64,000 bases of DNA, taken from contig CAIIXF020000001.1 of the NCBI GenBank assembly GCA_903813345.2, positions 32,240,001 to 32,304,000 on the forward strand, written 5' to 3'. Within the stretch, counting starts at the first letter, position 1. The number at the start of each line of letters is the position of its first letter. A program made the translations under genes and the position numbers. The notes under the pieces were generated by a model, which was not told the origin of the DNA, ran no database searches, and saw only the letters and a list, made by a program, of their open reading frames with translations. The stretch is from Owenia fusiformis. Lineage: Eukaryota. Below, piece by piece: positions 26,993 to 40,800 of the stretch.

Positions 26993-27070
26993 GACACGTC
27001 ATTAAGTCACATGATCTTTACAGTAACTAGTCACGTGATCAGACACGTGTCACGTGATCAGTCACGTGAG
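26993..27070. promoter_or_regulatory. E-box cluster in the divergent P450 / CDK5RAP3 intergenic region
   Basis: gacacgtca (26993), gtcacatgat (27006), gtcacgtgat (27030), acacgtgt (27043), gtcacgtgat (27049), gtcacgtgag (27061). Confidence 0.55.
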
Positions 27071-27341
27071 CTTGCAAAATGGACGATCTAAATTTCCAAT
27101 AATTCTGCTAAGATCAATATCGATATGTTGTTGCCTCATTCTCGTGTTTGGCTGCGTTCCTGGATGTAACCTAGCATGATGGATGGCATAGAACAAACTG
27201 GTAAGTAGACACATGGTAACACTACATCATTTCGTTATTTTAACCATCGGAACTAATCACTAGAATAAATGATTTGATTCTAAATATATTTTGATTTACT
27301 GAACAGCTCAGGCACAATCACGCCCAACCATCGACAACGTA

Positions 27342-28190
27342 CAGTGACAAAATATATGGATGTACACTTTAGGTGTACATTGTCAGTATGGGGGAATTTC
27401 GAAGTTTGCAATGGAGGAATACAGAGAATGAGATTCAAACTGCCTAAATGGTCTAACTCGGCAAAAGTCGTTTATAAGTCTCACATTATGCTTAAATAAA
27501 TATAAGGTGCCAAGATGATCCATTATAATCGCTCCTAGAAAGGGGACAAATGTCAGGTTAAATAAAAGAGAAAAGGCAAAATTAAAATTATCATATCTGG
27601 GACAATTTTGTGGATTACTTGTAAGTAGCGGACATAATATAACAGTAAAAATGTCTAATTATAATTATAATCGTATCTTCAAATATATTTGTTAGTTACA
27701 TGTACATTATAACATATGGTTTGCTGTTTAATTGAATATAAATTAAGATCTGAATATCACTGTGTAAAAGTACACTCGAGTTGACAAAGTACAATTCTGA
27801 TTTTTAAAAATTATTGCCAAAACATGAATAATTATTAAATCTTCATCTGTCCTAAATTGTGTAGTTTACAGAAGCATATTCTTATAAAAATAATGGACAC
27901 TCTAAGATGCTAGGGGGGAAATCATTAACGAAAATGTTGAACCAACATTTTCCAATCGGTCAATTATGTGGGTGAGATTACCTAGAAAAAACTCGAGCAC
28001 TATTCGAGAATCTGTTATCATAATTGGAAAGTTCAAAGTCTTGCCAAGAGCATGCACAAGAAATTATATATGAAATACTTCATCATCTTCCTCAAATAAA
28101 TCTTCTAAAACCTACATCACAGTTTTTCCTTCAAATCGTTAATATATGACAACTTACATCTAAGGTGTACACCCATATATTTTGTCACTG
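27342..28190. mobile_element. Tc1/mariner-type MITE with TA flanks
   Basis: TA|cagtgacaaaatatatggatgtacac...gtgtacacccatatattttgtcactg|TA. Confidence 0.7.
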
Positions 28191-28804
28191 TATGCAGTGA
28201 AAATACAACTCATGTGACATTTGATTTGTTCATCGTATAGAAAAAGAAGTACTTAAAACAGTTTGTTTCTTTGTAGGTGTATGATACATCGTCTGTTACA
28301 CTGCTTCAAAATATTAAGCAACCAGTTGAACCTAAAAAAAATTCTAAAGACTATTGTGCAATAACATATTGAAAAATGTATTCATATTGCACACAAATGA
28401 CATTGTATATCTTGGATTGCTTGTGAATTGGCTTATAGAGTCTGTTACCTTATATTTTGATGCCTCAGTGCCAAGTTAATTCTGAAAAATAACGAGGCCC
28501 TATCTGTTGCAAGACTTATGCCTGGCACAACCGTCACCATGTTGTTAAGTGTATTAAGTAATGTCAAATGATTATTTATATGTGTAAATGGTTTTTAATA
28601 GGAGGAATGACTGTAATGCCATCTATGTTTTTTAAATTCTAATCAATTTTTGTTGAATCATTGCCAGTTGAACAAAGTTTTTGAACAAAAACAATGCATG
28701 TTTGTTGTGATCTCTATTTGTTGTAATCTCATTCCAAAAAGAAGAGGTCATTGAAGAGGATAAGAGCATGGAACATGTATTTTCTTATTCATCTCCAGGG
28801 TAAT

Positions 28805-31800
28805 ATGACACAGGACCAGCTGGACAATTTGCCAATTGATATCCACTATAATAAACTGTTAGGTAAGTAAAAAGGGCTAATTTTCAATTTGATCGAATCG
28901 AATCGAATTTCGCGGCTATTAATCTCCGCGGATTTGTCATACAAGATCACTCTTTTTGACTTTGATATCAGCCATGGTTGTTCCTTCACCCAATGATTTT
29001 CAAATTTCGCGAATTAAAACTGGAGGAATTTTGCGACTATCATATTTCGCGAATTTTCCAAAACTCGCGAAAGGCAAAAGTTGGCAAACACTGGCATGGT
29101 TTTTAGAAAGATAACTTCCAACATTTTTAGAGAGTCCAACTAATTGAGCAGATCGTTGTTCCCTCTTCAAAAGAAGGGACGCGAAAATCTTTCCTTATAA
29201 GGTCAAAATATTTCCCACGATGCAGTTCGCGGAGGAACAAATTTATACTGCCTTGTTTTCCCCCATACATAGGTTTAACATGGGGATTTTCACACCTATT
29301 TTTCAAACGATATATTCATTCATATTCTCATACGAGAGCACAGAAATAATTATCAGAAACGATTGATCTCTTATTTATCTCAATAAAACAGATATTTTTT
29401 TAATTATATTTGTTCTTAGCGTGGTGAAAACTATGATTGAAAGTGAGAAAATATTCCGGAAGAGAAAGTCACGTGACCAGTTGACTAGTTGCCATATTGG
29501 AAAAAAACAATTCCATTCGACTTTCAACACTTTCATGCCAATCTTACCGCACTACAAACTGCAACATCGATGCAACAACTGAATAAAAGTACTCATCTTT
29601 CAATTACATTATAGAGTTACGTTGAAGACCCACAGACAACTAAGTAGTTGACCAAAGAAGATGCGTCGCTATTATCTAGGTCAATCTGTTCAGTGGTTCG
29701 AAAGCAAATCTATGGTACTCGTTTCCGAATTTTGTTGTTTATTGTACAATCTTTTATTGATTAAACTCAGTATACTGACTATTAAAGCAATGACAGAGAA
29801 GAATACTTACGATGGTGTCATTGTTTTATTTAGCGTGCGGGTGTAAAAACAAATTTGCTTAATTAGTTTGATTTAGAACTTTCGGGTCATGCAAATAGCT
29901 ACGCAAAATGCATCGTGGGAAAATATTGACCAATCAAATTTAGTCCTTTTTGAGTACATATTTGCTCCATATTTGCAAATATTCCGATTCAAAGAGCGAA
30001 CCGCAAAATGGACAATTGATTAAATTAGGTATAATAGGCTTATATATATCATTGATCAATGTCACATGTATAACTATCAAAACATGATACTTTTTGTTTT
30101 TCTACAAAGTCCTAAACAAATGAACTTACATATACATGTATATTGTTAAACCTACCCTGAACTGAGAGTCTAAACTAATGTAGATGAAGCTCTCTTTTAA
30201 GAAGTGAAGTCAAAATAATACAAAGGGTAGACCATTTTTGCAGTCCTAAATATGTTAAAAAGGTTAGATTCTTCAAGATTTAATAGTGACACATACATGT
30301 ATATAGGTACATTACTAATCATGCATTTGATATTTGATCACAGACTGGCTCATAAACAGACGACACTGTTCGCAGACCTGGCAGGCCACAGTGTTGACTA
30401 TACGTGAGAAGATCAACAATGCAATACAAGATATGCCAGAAGTAGAGGAGATCACTAAAATGCTCTCAGGAACATGTAAGTTAAGGTTTATACAAAATGT
30501 ATACATACATGTACTACAATATGTGATATAATGAGTGCATCATAATGTCATAAAAGGACATTAAAAACAAACTTTAATTTTCTTTGTTTTATATTTTATG
30601 TTACTTTCTGGAATTACTTTGTATATTTTGAAAATGAGAGCAATTTTGAAATTGGGAGATGAGCCTTTTAGAAATCGAGAAACAGGCTAAGATGAGGAGA
30701 CCATTCAATTTCTATGAACACTGTATTGTACTTGCAGACATCAACTATTTCCACTGTATTAGGATAGTAGAGCTGCTGAGAGAGACCGAGAAAGCTAGCA
30801 AGAACATATTTGGTGGTTACTCATCTAAACGAATGAAGGTAGGGTGATAGTATCCTATTTATCTGAAGAAACTGATCTACATATACAACTGCATTGGCTT
30901 GTACATTTTTTGTAAGGATGATATTTTCATTTATCTGGCATTTGAAAATGCATTTTCTTTTTTAAATCTAAAATTCAAACCAACAGATGTTATATCTATT
31001 ATATACATGGCCGGTAATGGCTTATTTCATATCTCATTTTTAGGATTGGTTAGAAATTTTAAAACTTTATGAGACAGAAAATGTTGGACTAGGTAAGTTT
31101 TTTTTTAAATTTACTTTAGCAAATACAGTGAAACCTGTATATCAGAACACCTTGTTGATAATCCGAACACCTTCCAATCCGAACACTTTTTTTCAGTCCC
31201 ATTTTTCCTCTCTTTGACTCCCATGTTAAAAACCTTGAAATGTGAGGACCTCTCAATTTGAACAGTGAACAGTCATATTTGAATAATTAACCTGTCTAAT
31301 CTAAATACGTTTCACAAAACATCACATTTCTTACAAGATTGCTCAAATCTTTTCAATTTAACACTGATTTGTTATCAAAACTTTTGAAAAAAATCAAATG
31401 GTCTCCATCTTAATTGGTCTTCTAGCATGACTTAATTCATTTGATTCAGATTTTGGAATGCCATGAAGCTATGTGGTCAATAGAAATATTAATATTCATT
31501 GAGGAATTATATTTCTTCAAAATGCATATAATGTCATGTTCTAATGTTAGTGATCAACCCTCTGAACTTGAACACCCTATAAAATCAAGATCACTGTACA
31601 GTGGACATTTGACATGTCCCAAATGTATCTTCCCCTACCATGGCTACCATGTTCAGGGATTTCATTAACAGCAGGCAACAGGCATCATTTCGCCAGTTGT
31701 TTTCACAAAATCGCCTGTTGTTTTAGGGACTTTTCAACTTTTCCATGTTAAATTTATGATTTCCATTAATTTTGCCTGTTGTTTCCATTTACTTAGCCTG

Positions 31801-34800
31801 TTGTGAGAAATTCTCGTGAAATCCCTGATGTTAAAAGCAACTCTCTAAGAATGAGCATTCTCAAATATAACACTTGTCTTGAAGTTTTTGAATCAATTGC
31901 AGCATTGTGTTCTATTTCAGCGGAGGCTGCACAACTGTTAACGCGTAATGTAAACTATGAGGTGCCTGCACTGAAGCGTCAGATTACAAAATGCAAACAG
32001 GGACAAACTGTAAGCGTAATATATAAGTATACATATAATATAAAATAATGAAATAATATTAAATAAATCACATAAAGGATGGGTACTGAACACTTTTTTT
32101 TTTATATATATATATTTTTTTTTTATTGCATCTTTCTTACACAAAACATTATACATAATATACATACAGATCAAATCCATATACATTGAATATTCAATAA
32201 TATTATTACATATTAATATTTAACAGTTATACGTTTTTAAGCTTTTCAGACCATCTCCATTCAGAGTATTTAATTTAACTTAATTTAAAAGGGTACCATT
32301 TGAAAATACAATACATGCAATAAGATTATCTTTCAATCGTATTGGGCTGACAATATTTTAATATAAAAGGGTATAAAATAAAACAAAAAATTCAATGCTG
32401 TTGGTTTAATCTATCTATAATCCATCTCCAAGTCTCGCCGAAACTTTCCAGTGTGCCATTTAAGTTTGCAATATTTCGTTCGTCATTGATTTTGTATTTT
32501 ATGATTTCTTTTATTTGCATAAATGTTATTTTAGTATTAACGAGTCTTGATTTATGTATTAAGCTTTTTATATACAATATGCAAAAATTAATTGCTTTTG
32601 AAGTGTGGTCGCGTTCTTGATCTAATTTCCCGACAATTATGTCTTTAATTGTAAGATCAATATTGAAAAATGTTTTAAAGTCATCCCAAATCTTGGCAGA
32701 GTTTGGGCACTCTATGAAGAAGTGTATCGTATCATCTATTTTATCGTTTTTACAAAAGTCGCATAAATTTGAATTTTTTATTTTCTTTCGAGTTAAAAAT
32801 TGGTTATTTGGTGTAACGTTTAAAACAAGTTTGTATTGAAGGCATTGTATTCTCGGTTCTCGAACCGTCTTAAAAGGTAATGTAAAAATGTGTTTCCAAT
32901 CTTCTTCTGTAAAGTTGAATTTTGAATTTAGATATTTTTTCCCGTTGGGTTCTTTAAATAAATTATCTACGAGAATCCAATATATGGTTTTAGTTTTTAT
33001 AGATTTGACGTTTATTGTCGTGTTTTTGATTTGGAGTTCTTCGTCTTTAAGTGCCTTGTTGCTTCGATTGTTTTTAATACGTTGTTTCCAGGAATGTGGA
33101 ATTGCATGAATTAAGCCATAGAAAGTAACGAAAGGTGTATTAATATTATATTTTAAAGAGAAATCTTCGAAACCTAAGAATTCATTATTGTTAACGAGAT
33201 CTTTTATTTGAAGGATTCCTTTACTTATCCAGCTTGCATAATTTAGGGTTTTGTCATTAATTTTTATGAACTCATTATTCCAGATATACTCTTTTAAAGC
33301 AAGTTCTTTATTATAGGGCTCTTTATTATGTAATAATTTCCAGGTTTCCATGATATTATAGTAGAAAGGGGGTAACCTGGCTAACTTGTCATCGGGAAAT
33401 TTTGAATGAAATATTGTCTCCGAGTCTAGATTAGGAAAAAAGCTGTAGAAATATTGCTTCCATTTGCTGGGCTTTTTCACACACATTTCTCTTAAACCAG
33501 TTATCAAAAAATTCTGAAAATTTTACACATCATCAATTTAATGGTCATCTTTTGAATGGTAACAATATAATTTGAAATAATTATATATACTTTTCTCTAT
33601 ATTGATTTAGAAAACACATCAGACACTTCTTTTGTTCTTGGTATCATATCTTCAGAATGAAATGAAACATCTATCTGAACCTCATTGAAACAAAATGACT
33701 TAAACACAATGTGTTCAGGTCTCTCAATATTGTAATTGTACAAAGGAAAGTTTGGTTGATTTAAAAAAAGTATCTTGTTAATGAAATAAAAAAAAAATTT
33801 CTTAATTTTTATCAATTTTAAATCAAATTTTATCAGTTTTGTTTTAATATTTTGAATACATTTTGCTAAATCGTCCAAAATTTCCTTTGTATAACTATAA
33901 TATTGAGAGGTCTAAGAAAATGTTGTATAAGCTATTTTGTTCCAACAAGGTTCGGAAAGATATTTTATTTCATTCTCAAGAATTGGTAAAAAGGAACAAA
34001 AAACAATTGCTCTAAAAAACAAAAAATGTTAACAAAAACAGTTATATAAAATATATATAAACAATTTTCGCATTAAATTGTTGTCAATCAGTCAAAATTA
34101 CATAAAGGACCGTGTTTTTTTACAGAATGTTTTCAATAATTTGTTTAAGAGAAAAACATTGTTGACTTCAGTTCACCATATCGATACCAATCCTTTAGTA
34201 TAAATTAAAGTTACATGAACAATGTAGCATATCAATGATCTCAAGAGACAAGTAGATGTACATGAATGTGCAAAGGACAAGGAATGTAACAACTAAAAAA
34301 ACAGCAACTCCACGGAGTAGCAAATCCCACCGAACAAAACAAATTTTGATTACTAGTGGGCATCTTGAAAATTCCTTCTTGAGCAGAGCTTGTTTGTCCC
34401 TAAGCATCAAAATATCAAATGTAAACTATATCCATAAATTAGCATTTCAGTTATCAAAGATTACATTCCCTTTTTACGAAAAATGGCAGCCATTTTGAAA
34501 TTAAGCTGCCATTTGAAACTCTCTCGAACAGAGCTACTATGTGTCCCTAGGCATCAGCATATAAAATTTGAACAAAATCCATTTACTGCTATTTGAGTTA
34601 TATAAGATAACATTTTTTACGAAAAGTGGCGGCCATTTTAAAAATCAGCTATCATCTTGAAAATAATTTGAACATAAAATTTGAACCAAATCCGTCAACT
34701 AGTATTTGAGTTATCAAAGAGTATATTTTTTCCGAAAAATGGTGGCCATTTTGAATTAAGCTACCATATTGAAAATTCCCTCTCGAGCAGAGGTTCTACC

Positions 34801-37800
34801 CCCATAAGGCATAAGCCTATAAAATTTGATTCAAATCCGTCAACCGGTATTTGAGACGGACTGACTGATGAACCGATGGACAGATGGCTTTTCTATATCC
34901 CCCTCACACTTTGTTCGTTGGGATAATGACTTCCAAAGTGATGTTAACATGTACATGAATGTGCAAAAGACAAGTAATGTAACAATGACTTCCAAGGTGA
35001 TTTACATGTACATGTATATTCTTTGCCATGAATGTACCAGGATACAGGGAGAGATCACCACTACAGCAGCAGAGATGTGTATATGTACATGTATTTTCTT
35101 TGCCTGGAATGTACCAGGAAGTGAGGAGAGTACACCAGTACAGCAGCAGAGATGTGTATATGTACATGTATTTTCTTTGCCTGGAATGTACCAGGAAGTG
35201 AGGAGAGTACACCAGTACAGCAGCAGAGATGTGTATATGTACATGTATATTCTTTGCCATGAATGTACCAGGATACAGGGAGAGTACACCAGTACAGCAG
35301 CAGAGATATGTATATGTACATGTATTTTCTTTGCCAGGAACGTACCAGGAAGTGAGGAGAGTACACCAGTACAGCAGCAGAGATGTGTATATGTACATGT
35401 ATTTTCTTTACCAGGAATGTACCAGGAAACAGGGAGAGTACACTAGTACAGCAGCAGAGATGAGGGAAAAGTTCCAGACAGATTGCAAGCAGATGGGAAT
35501 AGAGGTACTTGAAAATTAGAACTCAACATTGTACTTTGGAGCAATTTCTCAGTCTATATTATGCCTTAATGGTTTGAATAATAAAGTATAGATTAGATAA
35601 TGTGTTTGTAACAAACAAATGATGCATTATGCTTGGAAGCAAATCTTTCTCAAACTTGATTATATGCACAGTTTACTGCTTTTCTTAACAGTTTATTGAT
35701 AATATGAGTAATCTCTTCACATTTATTCATTCCATATTTAAGAAGACACACTCACAAATCATCATAAACTTCTTTAATTAATTGAAATTTGATTGGATTT
35801 TCAGGGTAAAAAGATCAAGCATGAGTTGGTCGCCCTGGTGCAGGACCTTCCCATTGTGTTTGAGGAGATTGCCAGATCAGGCCAAGATTTAGACCCCAGT
35901 GTAAAATTCTACTCTGACTTTGTCCAGTTTACAATAAGGTAGATATACTTTACTCATAATCGCCACTTTTGCACAAAGATGAAATATGATAGACATGGCC
36001 ATCTCTTGCTGGTTAGATTTATTGATTTTTGTATTTATTTGCAAATGATTATTGGAGGTTTGAACTCTATGGAAAGTTAAAATTGCCATCTTACCACTTA
36101 ACTCGAGCATTTTTTGTCTTACATACATTATTGTGTTTTTGGGGCCTCATATCTCAGATTGAAAGAACACTCTTGTTCATAACTACTTTATTACACCCAT
36201 ACAGCAAGGAGCAAAGTGAATCTGTTACACCAGTGACCAAGTTCATCATGACTAAGGGCAATGCTACAACATACGAGTGGAGGACTGGGAAGACCCCAAA
36301 GTCTATCATTCAGCCTCACATAGACTTTAACCTAGAGGAAGAAGAGGAACCAGTAAATGAGGAGGTATGTTAAATAAGCTAGTCTAAGTTTGAAATTCAT
36401 AGAGAAAGTCCAAATAAGGACACTTGTTTTTCCTCAAAAGTAAAAATAGTATAGCAGCTGATGTGTCTTTACAAACCAATTTCAATGCTAGTATAAGTTA
36501 TGTAGGAACAGTTGCTGACACTTCTCTATTTGTTAATATATTAGATATATCATGCTCTCTTAAATATTCAAGAATACTCGTACAGTGGAAATGGGTTGCT
36601 CAACTCATTGAGTAAGGAGAGATGGATGAATTTCTACACAAAGTGTTATTGTAGATTGATTGGGGAACTATTGGTACAGAAGATACACCTGCTACTATAG
36701 ACTTTGGGGAGGTAAGTAACTGGCAGTAGTAGTGACAACACATTCAACATACCACCGCAGATGGTGATGCCATTTTTGAGACCCTCAGAACTTTTTATTA
36801 TATGATTTCTGTTTATATATTTATTTCATTACCATTGGTGAGTAACAACAATGCCAAAGTTGTAGGTGGACACACAACTTTGGGTGACTGCTAGTTGAGC
36901 ACTAGGCTCTTTGGTTCAACCATGCAAAATACGGAACAGGATTTCATTTTTGAACCATTTGTCAATCTTAAATTATAAGAAACATCTCTATTGTAAAACT
37001 ATTTGCCTGAAAGGAAAGTATCAATAAAATCTAAGCCAAAATTGCGCATTTATGTAAAGTCTATGAAGTAGATAAGTATTCAACATTAAAAGACTAGTCT
37101 CAGTTTGGAGAACAAAGTTCATCAGCAGTCCAATGCAGGTAACCTGCTTTGGACAATTTTGATATTTTTACATATTGTAGATTTAAATGTCGTCTTTTGA
37201 ATATTCATAATTTTATTTGGGTGTTATTTCCATATTTTTCATGAAAAAATTATAAGCTCAGTCGACTGATGAACTTCGTTCTCCAAACCCAGACATGCTT
37301 TTTCAAAATTAAACAGTCTTGTGGCTCAGTTTATACATGTACTAGGTATTTCTCAGGCTTGAGAAAGGCAATACATTTATTTTGATATTTTAGTTTGATA
37401 TTCATTTTCATTTTGTTAATAAGCCTGATGTGGGCTGGGTAAAATTGATATTGTTATTTTCATATTATTTGTTGAATTGTAAGACTGACTATGAAGTTAC
37501 TTTCCTCTACTTCAGGGTGCAATAGATTTTGGTGATACAGACGAGGCAGAGATTGACTGGGGGGCAGGAGATATAGAGATAGAGGTCGCTAGTGATGGCC
37601 ATGGGGACCTCTCTATTGAGACACCAGAGGGGGACACTGGTAAGACATTGGTGATAGTGAACTTTAATTAAGTGGACATTCCCATTTTCAATTTTAACAA
37701 ATTATGACATTTCTGTATGGGCACATCATTATAAACCATGACATCTCATTTCTTCATCTCAGTCCTGAGATGCCATGATCTAATGAGTTAGATTTGGTGA

Positions 37801-40800
37801 TCGAAGAAGAGAGTCCAATATTGAGTATTGTTGAGATCTTTCAGCTCAGCTCATATCGAACTCCCGTGCAGTGATATATCACTGCGGCGGGCAGGTATCT
37901 CACCGTTAGCATGGTAACTTCGTAATAAACAACTGACGTGATTGGTTCTAGTCCCATGCTCAGGTCGCGTGATTGTAAAATTTAGACAATTTCATTGGTT
38001 GAATTGCGCGTATTAACTAATAAACAACACGTGGGGTAAACTATTATCAACACAACTTTTACTCAGAATTCCTTCCGCGGTGATTTCTTCTCATATTTCA
38101 ATAATTTTGAAATATTTTGACAAAATAATGTTTTGGGAACATTCATGAATACATATTTTATAAGTTGTGTGAAAATTGACCACATATATGATGAAAAGGG
38201 GAACTATTTTCCCCAGATTTTGGGGATTTCTTCATCGGCCCGCCGCAGTGTCTATACCGAGACACTGCATTGGAGTTCGAGCTCATATTTCATCTAATTG
38301 GGATCATAAAACTTGTGTACCTGTGCCAGTACTAATATCTGCTGTTCAATACAATGCCTATTATGTAATGACTGTATTGACATTAAGGTAAATGATTGCA
38401 TGATTTGACAGTTATAACTCTTCCTATCTGATTTGCTCAGATCACAGAGTACATGTATGCCTAATGATATCAGCATGTTTCAGGTGAAACAGAAAGATGT
38501 TGAGTATTAGAATGGTATGGGGACACTTTTTGAAAATATTGGTTTTAACATTTATACTCTAAATAGAGGTAACCAAAATCTTTGAAAACCAAATGAAACC
38601 TCTTGTTTAAGAAACCCTATTCTAACCTATTGAGATTGATTTGTGATCTGCCTAGTAACATGTTTCTACTGGTTGAGGCTTCGTTAACCAATGTTTTTCT
38701 GAGAAAATTGGGATTTCAGCAAGATTGTATTGACTTAAAGTAACTTTCTATGATTTCATCTAAAAATTAAAACCCTTGGAAATACTAAATATGGTTTAGG
38801 TGCCATATATAAAAATTTATTTTAGAAATATTGTGGATCAAAATGAAAAAACAAAAATAAAGAATAAAAACATATTCCACCGGAGGGATTTGAACCCAGA
38901 TCTTTTGGAATAAAAGTCTGTTGGAGCTCAAAGCTCTAACCACTACACCAAACTGCCAAAGCTTCCTGAGCGAAGAAATTTTTATCTATATAATCATGGA
39001 CGAAAAAAGTCTTATTTGCATGCTTAAATTTCTTAAAAATGATCAGCATTACTACTAATAATAACATTTTGCATGTCTGAGTAAGTATTTTGATCTACAT
39101 TTAGGATAAAGGTTGTTTTATTCAGTTTTCATTTTGGGTATGACTTCCTGTCAAAACAGTGCTAAAAATGCAGGGCTCAACAAAAATTTTCAATTAGAAA
39201 ATGATATATATCCTTTGATCAGCTGTTTTTGGTACCTGGACTCATCCTACTAGAAAGGTAAGAGCATTTTCTTGAGACATATGGCTCGAAATCTCACATT
39301 TCTCCTTCTAAGTCTTAGAAAGACACTTTAATATTGGGGATATGTACTGACTTTACATGGGAATATCATTATCTCAGAAAAACAATGGTTGACTGAGTCT
39401 CAATCAGTAAAATTATGTTACTGGTCATGTGTATTTTCAATTCTAATTGGTTGGAATATAGGCTCTTAAACAGGAGGTTTTAGGCTAACAGGCATTTCAG
39501 AAAATTTTGGTTGCCTTTTCTACTCTTTGCAACTGTAAATCATGTTGGAGTTTATTAATTTTTTAATAGGCTTGCCTTGTTAACATAAGAACAATATTTA
39601 ATAAATCCTCCCCTAACATTTGCTTTTGGGACAACTTAGTGGAAATATCATTCTTAAATACTCAGACTATGTGTTATTGTTGGGAATAATATACCTGAAG
39701 TTGTTATTACATATTGAATGTCTATGCTTTACAGAAGGTGTTGCTAAGGGTATGGATGCACTGACAGTCTTTGAAAACACTACTACTAGAAATATGTTCA
39801 TAGATGAACTTTTAGAGGTGGGTGCATAGTACTATGCTATCTTTATATTCAATAGTTCCATTCTCAGATTCAGATTAACTTGTTTTTATTGTCATACCCA
39901 AAAAATAAACCAACTTGCCTTCAGTTTGGTGGCTGGCCTGGTGGTTGGATGTAACTCTTCTAGTCTGGATTGATTTGAAATGTTTAGGGATATTTCTTGT
40001 TATTAAAATTGTTAAAAAAATATAAAAATTAAATTAATAACTGATTTGTTTGACATGCTCAAGCATCCATTTCTTTATAGCTACGGGCTTGTTCACCATT
40101 GTTTTAACAGTTATTTTATTTTGAAATCAGTTAGAGACAGAACAGTTTTTTTGATACTTCTTAACATGGTTATCCCCCCTCTGTCATCAAAAGACTTCAG
40201 CAGACTGGCAGAGGAAAGGGTTCAAAGTAAATACAAAACCTTAGAGTACACTTCATAGCCCCAAGCATTAAATACAAAACCTTAGAGTACACTTCATAGC
40301 CCCAAGCATTAAATACAAAACCTTAAAGTACACTTCATAGCCCCAAGCATTAAATACAAAACCTTAGAGTACACTTCATAGCCCCAAGCATTAAATACAA
40401 AACCTTAGAGTACACTTCATAGCCCCAAGAATTAAATACAAAACCTTAGAGTACACTTCATAGCCCCAAGCATTAAATACAAAACCTTAGAGTACACTTC
40501 ATAGCACCAAGGATTAAATACAAAACCTTAGAGTACACTTCATAGCCCCAAGTATTAAATACAAAACCTTAGAGTACACTTCATAGCCCCAAGCATTAAA
40601 TACAAAACCTTAAAGTACACTTCATAGCCCCAAGCATTAAATACAAAACCTTAGAGTACACTTCATAGCCCCAAGCATTAAATACAAAACCTTAGAGTAC
40701 ACTTCATAGCCCCAAGCATTAAATACAAAACCTTAGAGTACACTTCATAGCCCCAAGTATTAAATACAAAACCTTAGAGTACACTTCATAGCCCCAAGTA

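Noticed and set aside
34868..35446. Overlapping ORFs of 95-192 aa on both strands
   Set aside because: Produced by the 77-bp repeat; only 35415-35504 is coding.
38875..38950. Functional tRNA gene
   Set aside because: A/B boxes are present, but acceptor and anticodon stems do not pair convincingly.
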